Shown here one piece after another: positions 37,409 through 47,600 of a DNA stretch of 64,000 nt (its first letter is position 1; each line of letters begins with the position of its first letter). Source of the stretch: Candidatus Algichlamydia australiensis (GTDB lineage: Bacteria; Chlamydiota; Chlamydiia; Chlamydiales; JAJFMI01); NCBI GenBank assembly GCA_033977065.1, contig JAXCHI010000004.1:64001-128000 (forward strand), written 5' to 3'. The notes beneath the pieces were generated by a model, which ran no database searches, was not told the origin of the DNA, and worked only from the letters and a program-made list of their open reading frames with translations. A program made the position numbers and the translations under genes.

Positions 37409-38565
37409 GCTACTGCAGATTTTGCAGTGGCAGGTCTGCGAGCTAAGATGGCATTTGTGATTTCGTCATTTTTCCCCCAACCTATAATGATCTGTTCTAC
37501 GGTATCGCCAGCAAGATTTTTTTGAGTGAGAAGGGTATTTACAGTCTCTTCTCCTAATTTTTCATCTAAGCTTTTCAATGCTTGAGGAAGATGCTTGGGA
37601 TCTAAAACGGCTTTCCAATGCAGACAACTATTTTGTAATGCGTCAAGCTTCAAAAACTCTTCTTTGGGTTTATTCAATTCAAGTAACGCGAAGCATCTCT
37701 GATGAATTGCTGGAGGCGGATTTAAAAATGTTGTCCGACTAGACTCTATTTGTTCTTTTACTTCTTCATTATCTTTAAAGACATCAAAATACATTATAGC
37801 TAGAAAATGTCTAGTAAGATAGGCAGGACCATTTCTTGCTTGAATACAATAACGAATAAGTGTCTTAAAGTGATTGTCAATAAACCAAGAAAATAAATCT
37901 CCTTCACTTTGTAAAAAAATGGTAAGAAAAAGTTTCCTATCTAATTGAAGCCCATGCTGCACAAATAGTTGCAGCATTTTATCTGAAGCAAAGAAATTTC
38001 GTAAAAAAGAATTATAACGAGCGCAAAAGAGAGGAGCTCCTCTATACGTGGATCCATAATCAATAAGATTAGGATTTGCACCATTTTTTAGGAGACTTTC
38101 AATTTCTTGGAGGTCGCCCTCTTCAATCGCTAATTCTAAAGGATAAGCATTCGTTCTCTTATTTGTTAAAAACCAAGCTATATTTGACTTGCCAGCCGTT
38201 ACTCTTTTATTTACAAATTCGTTTGCTGTTGTTTCATTTGAAAAAATATTTTTCCAATGGTAAGCGTCCCAAGTTTCTTTTATAAGTCGGTAAAATACCT
38301 TGCTATGAACAAAAAAATTTATAAGTAAAATGATACCAGCAATATGTGTGCCTTTGACTGGTAATACTTGTTTATCCTGTAATGAATACTTTATAGTGTT
38401 GAGATTTTCTAAAATATTTAATGTAGATAAACCCCAGATAGAACCAAAACTCATGTAAGAAATAAGACCCTCTTGATTTTCAAGGAGAATACAAATTTCA
38501 GTTCCAACACCTAGAGATGCAATTCCTGCTGAATAGGCAAATGGGGCAACCTGAGAAATTTTCAT
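37405..38565 (-). CDS. Membrane-anchored protein with an ankyrin-like repeat
   Basis: Hydrophobic N-terminus; YPLELAIEEGDLQEIESLLKNGANPNL. Confidence 0.65.
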   Translation of the reverse strand: MKISQVAPFAYSAGIASLGVGTEICILLENQEGLISYMSFGSIWGLSTLNILENLNTIKYSLQDKQVLPVKGTHIAGIILLINFFVHSKVFYRLIKETWDAYHWKNIFSNETTANEFVNKRVTAGKSNIAWFLTNKRTNAYPLELAIEEGDLQEIESLLKNGANPNLIDYGSTYRGAPLFCARYNSFLRNFFASDKMLQLFVQHGLQLDRKLFLTIFLQSEGDLFSWFIDNHFKTLIRYCIQARNGPAYLTRHFLAIMYFDVFKDNEEVKEQIESSRTTFLNPPPAIHQRCFALLELNKPKEEFLKLDALQNSCLHWKAVLDPKHLPQALKSLDEKLGEETVNTLLTQKNLAGDTVEQIIIGWGKNDEITNAILARRPATAKSAVA

Positions 38566-38739
38566 AGGATAAGGTTAGCAAAAACCAAAGAATCGTTCAA
38601 CACGGGCAGACGTATCGCACAACCTTGATTTAGATGGTATTGTCAAATGGCTATGATCAAAAAAAATCATTTTATCTTAATATAAGCTTCATGATAGTCT
38701 GATGCTCGAGTTGAAAATAGCTTTGAGTTTGGATAGAGG

Positions 38740-41700
38740 ATGGGTGTGCGTATGTGGAAGCCAAAAATGCCAAAATTCACCGTCATCACAGGCTGGTGGT
38801 TAAGATTGCATCAAGAGAAAAAACCTACCCTTATGGGAGCCTGGAAGCGATTTATAAGGCAGATTCCTGCTGATTCGCGCGCTCTTGTAAAAAGTCATAA
38901 ACATTTCATTGTATTTGGAGGGCCTAATTCTGGGAAAACAGAGCTCATTCAAGGTTTAATTCAACAAAGTGAGGACCTTTTTCCTTTTGATACAATTTAT
39001 CATGAGGAGTCGATGATTCAGCTCTTCTTTGGTCCCAAACAAATTGTTCATGAAATTGAATTTCCGACTTTAGAAGATCGCTCGATTAAGATGCGGAAAC
39101 AGATCATCCGGTTTTGGAAGAAGCTATTTCAAAATCGCGATCCAATTGTTGTAATTGTGCAAAATTGGGCAGATGAAGAAACACAAGACACTCACGATTT
39201 CAGCCGGTTAGCGCAGTTAATTGGTGGAAAGCTATCTCTTCTTTCTGAAATTTGTAAAAAACCAATTAAGGTACGGATCAATTTAACTCATCTAGATAAA
39301 ATTGAGGGTTATCTTGAATTCGCACACTATTTAAAACAGCAAGATTTAACTTTTTCTATCCCTTTAACTTCTCGTTTTGCTGTCAATACATTAGAAGAAA
39401 AATTCCAAACTTTTGCTGACCAACACCTCCCTAACATGCTCACTTCTCTTTCCGATAAAGAATTCATTAAAATCCAACGGTTTTTTAGGGAAGTTCCAAA
39501 AGCATTTCCAAAGATCGAGGAGTTTTTGCGTGCTGTGATAACACGAGTGCGCTCAAAGGGATTTGTCGACTTAGAGATGCTTACCTTTAGCTCGAATAGC
39601 GAAGGAAGCACATCACTTGTTCCTTTTGATTGGAAAAAAGAAGCGGCTGCTGCTATTTTCTTTCGCTATCCAATGCTTAAACATCAAATTGCAGCAGTAT
39701 TTGTCGCATCTATAATTTGTGGATTTACATACAAGCTCTATCACAATGACAAAGAGCATTTGGCATTAGCAAACAGGGGGATTGATTTACTGCGCCGTTG
39801 CGAGGTGGCAAAATTTCAAAGAGAAGTGTTACCAAAATATGCAAAGCTGCTGCACTTTCAAAAACCTTCTCTTTACTCTTACGCGTTACCCAAGTTTTAT
39901 TTTAAACAAATTTGCAAAGCCGAAGAGGCGTTGGTTAAACAAATGTATAGGCATATTTTAGAGCCAAATTTTTGCCATATGCTTTTAAAAGAGGAAATAG
40001 AGTTTCAGTATATCTACTATCTTGGCTTGATGTATGCAGTAAAAAGAAATGATGTGGGTTCGTGCTTTATTGAGAATCTTGAAGCCTTTGCTCATCAGAT
40101 GGATCTCGACCCGAACTTTATAAAAACCTATATTTTCCTCTCAAAAACTCCAGGTTATCAGCTTGCAAAAGAGAAGACAGTAAAAATTAATCCAAATCTA
40201 TCACTTACAAGTCTACGTCCTTGGATTAAGTTTTTAAAGTACTTTGATCGGCTGAATAATGAACCTGTTTTTATGAGTCATAATTTTGAGACTTTGCATT
40301 TCGAAGCTGTAAATCTTTTAAATACTCTCGATTATCTACAAAACAATCCTGTAGTTGCATTTGCTTCTGTTTTAGAGGAGGATAAGAATTTTCAGAACGC
40401 ACCTCCTGAAGAGTTTGAGCATGTCAAAACAGTTAGTTGGATTTATCAAAATCGACACAAGCTAAAAGAGTTTTTACTTTTCATAAAAAACACCTCAATT
40501 GACCTTCCTGATGTGCGTAATCTTAATATTTCGCAGTTGTTTGCTCAAGTAGATGAGATTCAGAAAATTAATCAAATTCCCGAAACTCTATTTAACTTTA
40601 TTATTGAGGGAAATTCTTACTCATTTTTGTCTAAGAAATGGACAGAACTGACTGTTAACCACAGCGTACAACGCGCTCTACAAGAATTTATCGTTCATAA
40701 CACCAACTCTGGTGGACGTATCTTTTTTACAAATTGTGATCAGCCTCTACCTCCAGTAATGACAACTTTTATGGGGCAGTTCCCGCTTATTCGAGAGGAT
40801 AGAGCTGTACCTGCTAAGTACTCTCGCATTGCTTTTGAGAAAAATGTTCGTATGACTACAGAAGTTCTCCTAGAAAAAGTTGAAGAGCTACCTCTAGCTA
40901 AGGATGAGAAGATTCGCTTTAATCACTTTCTTCGCAATGAAGTAGCAAGCTATATCAAAAAATTTCAAGAGCACTACTTAAGTTTTTATCACGCTTGTCA
41001 GATCAACACAGAAGGTCTGCAAGAGATTAAAGGTACTTTGAGAGGGCTATTAAAAACTACAGCACCTTTTTACGATTTTTTACAGTGCTTTCATTATCAT
41101 AGCGGGGCTTTTTCTCAAGAGACTTCCTGCTTAGAGAGTTTTGAAGAGCTCAATCAATTTGCCTTTTTAGCAAATATTTTTGATGTTGAGAATAGAGAAG
41201 AGGCACTTGAACCCTACTTTAGAGTTGTTGCAGATATTCTTAGCGATCTAGAAAGAGACTCTCCTGAAAGCTTAGATAGTTTTCCCTACCTCTCTGCTAA
41301 CTTGACACCAGCAGCAAATATCGGCCTGCAAATTTTGCAAAATACGGAAGGGTCTTACCGTAATCAAGTAATTGCCTCTTTAGAAGAGATGGAGATTCCG
41401 AAATACTTCCATAAACCTTTTTTACAGCCTATTGAGGCCCTTTATAAGGTTGGGCTTATAGAGCTTAAAAAAATCATAGAAGACTTGTGGAGAGAAGAGC
41501 TTAGCCCTTCTGTAAATGCACTTTTTGAAAAATTTCCCTTTGCACTAGACTCTAACAAGATTGCTTCAATTGAAGAAGTTGCAGCAAAACTCAATCCCAA
41601 AAGTCAATTATGGCAAAGAGTACACGAACTTATTTCATCTGTTTCGAAGCAAGATGGAGATAGATGGGTATCAAAAGATCCCGAGAACATCAACCTTAAT

Positions 41701-42174
41701 GGGCAAATTTTTAGCTTGTTAAGTCGGTTTTCAAAAGCAACAAATGGTTTGTGGGATGAGAAGGGAAATCCTAGAGAGCTTACCTTTAAATTTCGCCCCA
41801 TACCTTTCTCATATACTGCCAATGTAAATCCGTTGCCAATTTGCTCATACATACGTGTTGGAGATAAAATTTTTCGGAATTTCAACCAGGAGTCTGCCAC
41901 AGAAACCCTCAGGTTCCCTTGGTGGGAAGAGTTGCCCGCCTGTGTGGGGGTAGAGCTACTTAATAAAAAAACGCGTGTGACATCTCACCGGACTAAAAAA
42001 GAAGCGCCTAAGCATTGGAGCTTTTTTCATGTGCTTAAGCAAGGAAGGCAAGAGAGCAAGAATCTTTGGACGTGGACTTTCCCTAGTGGTCAAGGAGAAG
42101 TGCGCGAAGCATCAATATTTTTTGAAACGTCACCGGATACGCTTTTCAGTTGGGATAGGGAGAGAATAGAATGA
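38740..42174 (+). CDS. tssM: T6SS membrane complex protein TssM/IcmF (PdpB-like), divergent
   Basis: 1144 aa; Walker A GGPNSGKT; LTHLDKIEGYLEF (IcmF T..D...G..EF); TM helix near residue 320; C-terminal KHWSFFHVL resembling the TssM W..F.L motif; T6SS context. Confidence 0.75.
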   Translation: MGVRMWKPKMPKFTVITGWWLRLHQEKKPTLMGAWKRFIRQIPADSRALVKSHKHFIVFGGPNSGKTELIQGLIQQSEDLFPFDTIYHEESMIQLFFGPKQIVHEIEFPTLEDRSIKMRKQIIRFWKKLFQNRDPIVVIVQNWADEETQDTHDFSRLAQLIGGKLSLLSEICKKPIKVRINLTHLDKIEGYLEFAHYLKQQDLTFSIPLTSRFAVNTLEEKFQTFADQHLPNMLTSLSDKEFIKIQRFFREVPKAFPKIEEFLRAVITRVRSKGFVDLEMLTFSSNSEGSTSLVPFDWKKEAAAAIFFRYPMLKHQIAAVFVASIICGFTYKLYHNDKEHLALANRGIDLLRRCEVAKFQREVLPKYAKLLHFQKPSLYSYALPKFYFKQICKAEEALVKQMYRHILEPNFCHMLLKEEIEFQYIYYLGLMYAVKRNDVGSCFIENLEAFAHQMDLDPNFIKTYIFLSKTPGYQLAKEKTVKINPNLSLTSLRPWIKFLKYFDRLNNEPVFMSHNFETLHFEAVNLLNTLDYLQNNPVVAFASVLEEDKNFQNAPPEEFEHVKTVSWIYQNRHKLKEFLLFIKNTSIDLPDVRNLNISQLFAQVDEIQKINQIPETLFNFIIEGNSYSFLSKKWTELTVNHSVQRALQEFIVHNTNSGGRIFFTNCDQPLPPVMTTFMGQFPLIREDRAVPAKYSRIAFEKNVRMTTEVLLEKVEELPLAKDEKIRFNHFLRNEVASYIKKFQEHYLSFYHACQINTEGLQEIKGTLRGLLKTTAPFYDFLQCFHYHSGAFSQETSCLESFEELNQFAFLANIFDVENREEALEPYFRVVADILSDLERDSPESLDSFPYLSANLTPAANIGLQILQNTEGSYRNQVIASLEEMEIPKYFHKPFLQPIEALYKVGLIELKKIIEDLWREELSPSVNALFEKFPFALDSNKIASIEEVAAKLNPKSQLWQRVHELISSVSKQDGDRWVSKDPENINLNGQIFSLLSRFSKATNGLWDEKGNPRELTFKFRPIPFSYTANVNPLPICSYIRVGDKIFRNFNQESATETLRFPWWEELPACVGVELLNKKTRVTSHRTKKEAPKHWSFFHVLKQGRQESKNLWTWTFPSGQGEVREASIFFETSPDTLFSWDRERIE

Positions 42175-42587
42175 AAAAAATTACTATTATCTTATTGATT
42201 CTACTTACTGCATGCAACTCGCGTGCAAACCATGTTGCAACTTTTCAGATTAAAACTGATGCAAATACGAATGAAGGAATCCCTTTTTATGTTGTTGCAA
42301 AATCGACAGAGTATATGGAATATGTCTGCGATGACTACCATAAAATTTACAACGAATTAGCATCTGCATCAGATGAGGATGAAAGGATCGTAACCTTTTT
42401 CATCATTCCAGGTGAAACAAAAAAAATTCGTGTCGAAGGCAAAGGAAATAAAGCTCCTGCAATTTATTTTCTTTTTACAAAACCGGGTGAGGCGTGGAGT
42501 TACTACGCTTCTGGAGGAGGTAAGCAATCAGTAAAACTTTTTTTAGGAAAGCACGAAATTGAAGCACAGAGTGCTTTTCGCTCATGA
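42171..42587 (+). CDS. Lipoprotein, TssJ-like
   Basis: Lipobox LTAC; DANTNEGIPFYVV resembles the TssJ N..G..P..V strand; ATGA-coupled to tssM. Confidence 0.6.
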   Translation: MKKITIILLILLTACNSRANHVATFQIKTDANTNEGIPFYVVAKSTEYMEYVCDDYHKIYNELASASDEDERIVTFFIIPGETKKIRVEGKGNKAPAIYFLFTKPGEAWSYYASGGGKQSVKLFLGKHEIEAQSAFRS

Positions 42588-44230
42588 AAAACGGTCTTGG
42601 TAGGTTTATTGAGCACCGTTTTTCTAAAAAAGAGAACTGGTTCCCTTCAGCTATTTTATCTTGGATTGAATCTAGTCAAAAAGAGCCTGAAAAATTTTAT
42701 GAAGAGCTTTTAGGTTACTGCCAAAAAAAGCTTGCACTTTCACTAGATAAGTATGATTTTTACCAGAGTGCTGTTCTCCAACATCTAGGTAAAAATGCTA
42801 CTGCTCTTTCCATAATGAATGCAAATGGTGTCTATGAGGAGTGGTCTTATGAGAAGCTGCATTTGGCAGTAAATTATCAAGTCAATCGTTGGAGAGCTCT
42901 TGGCCTTTCAACTGGTCAATGTGTAGCGATTGTTGCTCCAGTTTCGCCTCACTATTTTGTCGCTTATCTCACAGCATTGCGCTTAGGATTGAGTATTGCC
43001 TACTTTCCTTTGAATGATCCTTTTTTGTCTAAAGCAGTGATCTTGCAAAAGCTCATGGAGTTAAAGCCTTTTGCTGTAATTACTTCTGAGGAGGATTTTC
43101 CAAAAGATCCCTCTTATGAAACCATTGAGTTACTTGAGCTGCCAGAATCAAAAAACAATTACACTCCAACTTCTACAAATTATTCACCAGAAACCACGAC
43201 ACAAATTTTTATCGGCACCTACTCTAAAACGTTCCTTACACTTACCCCGCTCTCAGCAAAAAATCTCTATTTTGCTGTTCTACGGGATGCCGTAGCTCTT
43301 TTAGGGCTAGTTCCAGGATCAACTCTTGCCTATCCACTGGGCTCTTCTCTCTATCATCCTAATATCTTGAACACACTTTTCCTTGGTGCTCGGTTTTTGC
43401 ACGTTGATTCGGGATTTCTTAAGAAAAATCCCCAATGCATGGCAAAAGAAAAAGTTCATGTTTTTGGTTTATCTAAGGCAGCAATGACTCTTTGGGAAGA
43501 GACGCCTGGTGTTCCCTCAAGCAGTCTTAAACTGATATATAAATCCCCCTTTGATCAGAGGTGCTTTACTTTTAAAGCATTTGCGGTAGTCAACAAGATA
43601 GAAAAAGTTTCAAGCGCAAATCTACTGATTGATAATAGCGCAGGAGGGGTTACTCTTTTTTCTAAACTCTCTCTCGATTTTCCCGAACTTTTTATGCTTC
43701 CAAACATAGGTCTTTCTTGGGAACTTTCTGATCTGAAAAAAAAGGAAAAAAAATCTTTGAGGAATTTTGGCAGCTTTTCTGTAAGTGGGATGATGACACC
43801 TCTTCTTCTTGTAAAAAACGATCAAGGGTATATCCTCAGCGACTCTCAAGTGCCCTCAAGGGATGGAAAACCCTTTCCTGTTGAGAAAATCGAGAGTGCT
43901 ATCTCTTCTATTCCTGTAATAGAGAGTGCCTCTCTTTTTCATGCTGTAAAGGGAGGAACAATTGCAAATCGGGTTTATGTTTTGCTTGTTTTTACCTACG
44001 AGAGAGGGCCTTCTCTTGAAGAAGCTATACATAATACGATTCTTGATCAAGTAGGTGAAGCTTACCTACCTGATTATATCGAGTATTACCCACTTCATCC
44101 CAAAACTCAAGCTGGGCAAGTTGACAAAAATTGGTGTAAAGAGCAGTATGCTACCGGATTACTTGATAAAAAAAGTAATATTGAGATCTACAAAAAATTA
44201 TCTCAGCTACAAACTCTTTTAGGGAGGTAA
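42584..44230 (+). CDS. AMP-binding (acyl-CoA synthetase-like) fold protein, degenerate active site
   Basis: WSYEKL..V, GQCVAIV...Y.VAYL.ALRLG, EKIESAI..IP.I, IEYYPLHPKT..GQVD; the TSGST P-loop is not present; ATGA-coupled to the tssJ-like gene. Confidence 0.65.
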   Translation: MKNGLGRFIEHRFSKKENWFPSAILSWIESSQKEPEKFYEELLGYCQKKLALSLDKYDFYQSAVLQHLGKNATALSIMNANGVYEEWSYEKLHLAVNYQVNRWRALGLSTGQCVAIVAPVSPHYFVAYLTALRLGLSIAYFPLNDPFLSKAVILQKLMELKPFAVITSEEDFPKDPSYETIELLELPESKNNYTPTSTNYSPETTTQIFIGTYSKTFLTLTPLSAKNLYFAVLRDAVALLGLVPGSTLAYPLGSSLYHPNILNTLFLGARFLHVDSGFLKKNPQCMAKEKVHVFGLSKAAMTLWEETPGVPSSSLKLIYKSPFDQRCFTFKAFAVVNKIEKVSSANLLIDNSAGGVTLFSKLSLDFPELFMLPNIGLSWELSDLKKKEKKSLRNFGSFSVSGMMTPLLLVKNDQGYILSDSQVPSRDGKPFPVEKIESAISSIPVIESASLFHAVKGGTIANRVYVLLVFTYERGPSLEEAIHNTILDQVGEAYLPDYIEYYPLHPKTQAGQVDKNWCKEQYATGLLDKKSNIEIYKKLSQLQTLLGR

Positions 44231-44233
44231 TGT

Positions 44234-44563
44234 ATGGGAGAGATGGTAGGAGATGGTGCAAAATTTACTTGCACGCTCTGCGATTCAGAAATTGAACTTG
44301 AAGTTTCCGAATCATCTACAACAGGAAGTGGTAAAAAAATCGCTACCGAGTCAAACCACAAATTCATACCCGCACCCTTATGCAAAATAGTTCCCCAGTC
44401 ACCACCTCCATGCGCCCCTGCTGTTGCTATTACTGACCCAGGACAATCGCCAGTTAGCATTGATGGGAGCCAGGCTTTAGGAAAAGAGTGTCAAGGAGTA
44501 TGTATGCGCGGGGGTTCGCTAGCTCTTTCGGACCCGGCTCAGGAAGTTTTTCAGCATAATTGA
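44234..44563 (+). CDS. PAAR-like spike-tip protein (DUF4280/IglG-like)
   Basis: GAKFTC, CK....PPPCAP, VSIDG..AL......C.RGG.L...DPAQ, the Cys-based DUF4280 pattern. Confidence 0.8.
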   Translation: MGEMVGDGAKFTCTLCDSEIELEVSESSTTGSGKKIATESNHKFIPAPLCKIVPQSPPPCAPAVAITDPGQSPVSIDGSQALGKECQGVCMRGGSLALSDPAQEVFQHN

Positions 44564-44601
44564 TGTAGTAAGCAGAATAAGTGCAATTTTAGGAGGAAAA
44601 G

Positions 44602-47600
44602 ATGGCAGTAGATGGAAGCGGAGGGATGAATCTGGGAGGAAGTTTTCCTAGTTCCGATAGCTCAAAGGCAACATTTAAGCAGCTTACAAGCGGGGTTTTT
44701 AAGGCTCAGGTTGCGGATTGGAGTGATAGATTAAGTTGGCATGAGAAGCAGAAAGAAAATAGAAATCTGTTAAAAGCAGCGATTACTGTTGATACAGCTC
44801 TATTTTCAATCGTTTTTGCTCACGCATGTACACTTTTTAAAAAAGATGATGCAAGATCCGGGAAGATCACTGCTTTAGTCTATTTAGCTGCTCGGGTCTC
44901 ACTTTTTTACTCAGCGGCCCACCTTCTTTTTGTGCAATTAGGCCTTAGAATCTTAGAGGGTAAAAAACCAGAAACTAAGAAAGATTTAAGTTCACAAGAA
45001 ACACTTCTAGAAATTGCTGGGTGGCTGTTTTCTGGAGTACATTTTTATAATCACTATCGCACCCCAGTTATCGATTCAAAAATCAAAATTCTCAAAGATG
45101 CCACAAATGAAGTTGAGCAACTATCCTTTCGCGTTGATACGGTCTATCATCGATTTGCAATAGTCATGAAACAGCTTGCGGAAAAAATAGGGGGTAGTAA
45201 GGAGCTTGCTACGATTAGTAGAGAAATTAAAAAATTAAAGCTCCCTGAAAAAGAAGAAAAGATTTTGGAATCTAATATTGATGCAATTGTCAATTGTGAT
45301 GCAGAAGGAAAGAGTGCTGAACTGTTCGCGAGATTTTCTGCTGAATTTAGTGAAGAAAGGGCAGACGTAGGTGATGTTGTTCTCAGGTCTGCGGATATAG
45401 AAGAAGTAAAAGCAAACCTATTGACAATTGCTAAGAAAAATAAAACAGGTTTTCAAAATTCCTTAGAGAGTGCCGTTAAAGTAGGTGATAGAGAGTTTAT
45501 CTCTGATTTCTTTGCATTAGGAGATGAGTACATCGCGCTTATAGATCTGCGCAAACTTTTGATTTTAGCGATTGAAAGTAGCCAGAAAGAAGTTGTAGGA
45601 GTTCTCGTTGAAAGAAATATTAAAGAGCTTGCTAAATTGAGTGGAACTGCATATACAAAGCTCGCACACGAGCATAATGAGGGAGATATTTTAAAGACAC
45701 TTGTATCAGGTGGATTTGAAAGAGAGGAAAGTTTGCTTTCTGAGGTTGTAAGAGATGGAACGGTCGAAGATGTAAGCAACCTTCTTGATGCTCATGAAAA
45801 TAAGGAAGCAACTCAAACTCCCCAAGAACTTCAGCAAGCGCTTATAAGTGCAATTAAGAGTGGTAAAAAGGAAGCTGTTGAAAATCTCTTAAAAGTAGGA
45901 GTCTCATGTACTGAAAAATGTTTTGAAGAAGAAAAAACACCGCTAATGTTTGCGATTGATGAGGGTCTAACAGAAATCGCATCAATATTAATTCCTGAGT
46001 ATTCAAAAGAAGATCGTAATAAAGTAGATAAAAGTGTAGAAACAGCTCTTTTTAAAGCAGTGAAAAAGGGAGAGGAACAAACAGTTAAAGATCTTTTATT
46101 AGATAAAGATAAAAAAGCTTCATTATGCATAAAATGTGGAGAAAATGAAGAGACACCTCTTATATTCGCGATTCGAAAGGGTAATCTCTCTACCGCAGAA
46201 ATATTAATTGAAAATAGTTCTGAGGAAGATCTTCGCACGACTGATAAAGCTAATCAAACTGCACTTTACTATGCAGAAAAGGGTAAATATAAAACCATAG
46301 TTGAAAAAATTGTAGGTAAATGGGGAGATCCAGTTAAGGCTGATTATGAAAACCAGAAAACAACTTTGACAAAAGCAATTGTTGAAAAAAAATTTCTTGA
46401 GGCAGAAGCTCTTATTGGGAAATTCGATCATGAACAAGTTGACATAGGCAATCCAGGAGAGAGAGCTTTAGATTACTTGTTGGCATGTGGAGATAAAGCA
46501 GAAGCATGCATGCAAAAATTCTATGAGGAATATCATGGGGACTTATCAACAGATGACATGGTACTGATTCTTTTTTGGTTTATGAAAAGAGATAGTGATG
46601 TCTCTCGTAAGTTTGCCGCTGAGACTATTTTCCTAGAAGCTAATAAGAAAGAGAATTTTTTAAATGTAGTTCAATATTTGCTTGAGGATGCTACGAAAGG
46701 AATTTCTGAAGAAGAAACAGTAGAATACTTAGATTGGGTAGCTCGAAGAGGAAACACAGATGTTATCAGAACTTGGTTAAATATGTTAGGAATCTCTGCA
46801 ATTCCCCAAAAGAAAAAACTTCTTAATTGGCTTAATTTTGCAATTCAACAAGGGAATCTCGATTTAACTAAATACTATTTAGAAAAAATTAGAACTGATG
46901 AAAACCAGATACTTGAAAATAGAGATTTAACAGATCTTGGTGAAGAAAATATCAAAAACATTAGAAGGTCTCGTAGAAATTGGGAGAAGAAAAAAGGAGA
47001 GAATCAATGGCTCTTTGTTGAAGCTCATTTAAATGCTATTGAGAAGGGAGAGCAGGAATTATTGGATATTGTTCGAGAGTATAGTGGCATTCAAGAGAGT
47101 AAAGAGGGCAACAAGTATGTTGAAGAGTTGGTATGGCTCATTAAAAGATTTTCTGAAGGAGCAGAACAGGCTCAACCGATGATTACACAAATTCTAAACG
47201 AACATCCTAGTGCAATGAATTGTCTTTGCAATGATGGGTTGACAGCTCTCATGCATGCAAACACTCTGTTAAAAGATGGTAGTCTTTCAAATTTTTTAGA
47301 GTATGATGGATTAGATTTATACACGCTCGACTTTGAAGGAATTCCACTTTTAGGCCATGCGGTCCGTGGAGGTAAAGAGAAGAATATAGAAGTTGTTTTT
47401 TCTTATTGCCAATCTGATTTGGAAAGATCTTTGGCTATTGCAAAAGAGACAGAAGGAGTAGATTCCAATATTGTTAATACTTTTTTAAATTTGGTAAAAG
47501 AGAAAACGCAGGGGGGTGAAGGGATGTCGGTTGATTCACCGTTAGTTCATGCGGCTGGTGCTGGTAATTGGGGTAAGGTAAAAGAGCTTCTTAAGAGGCA

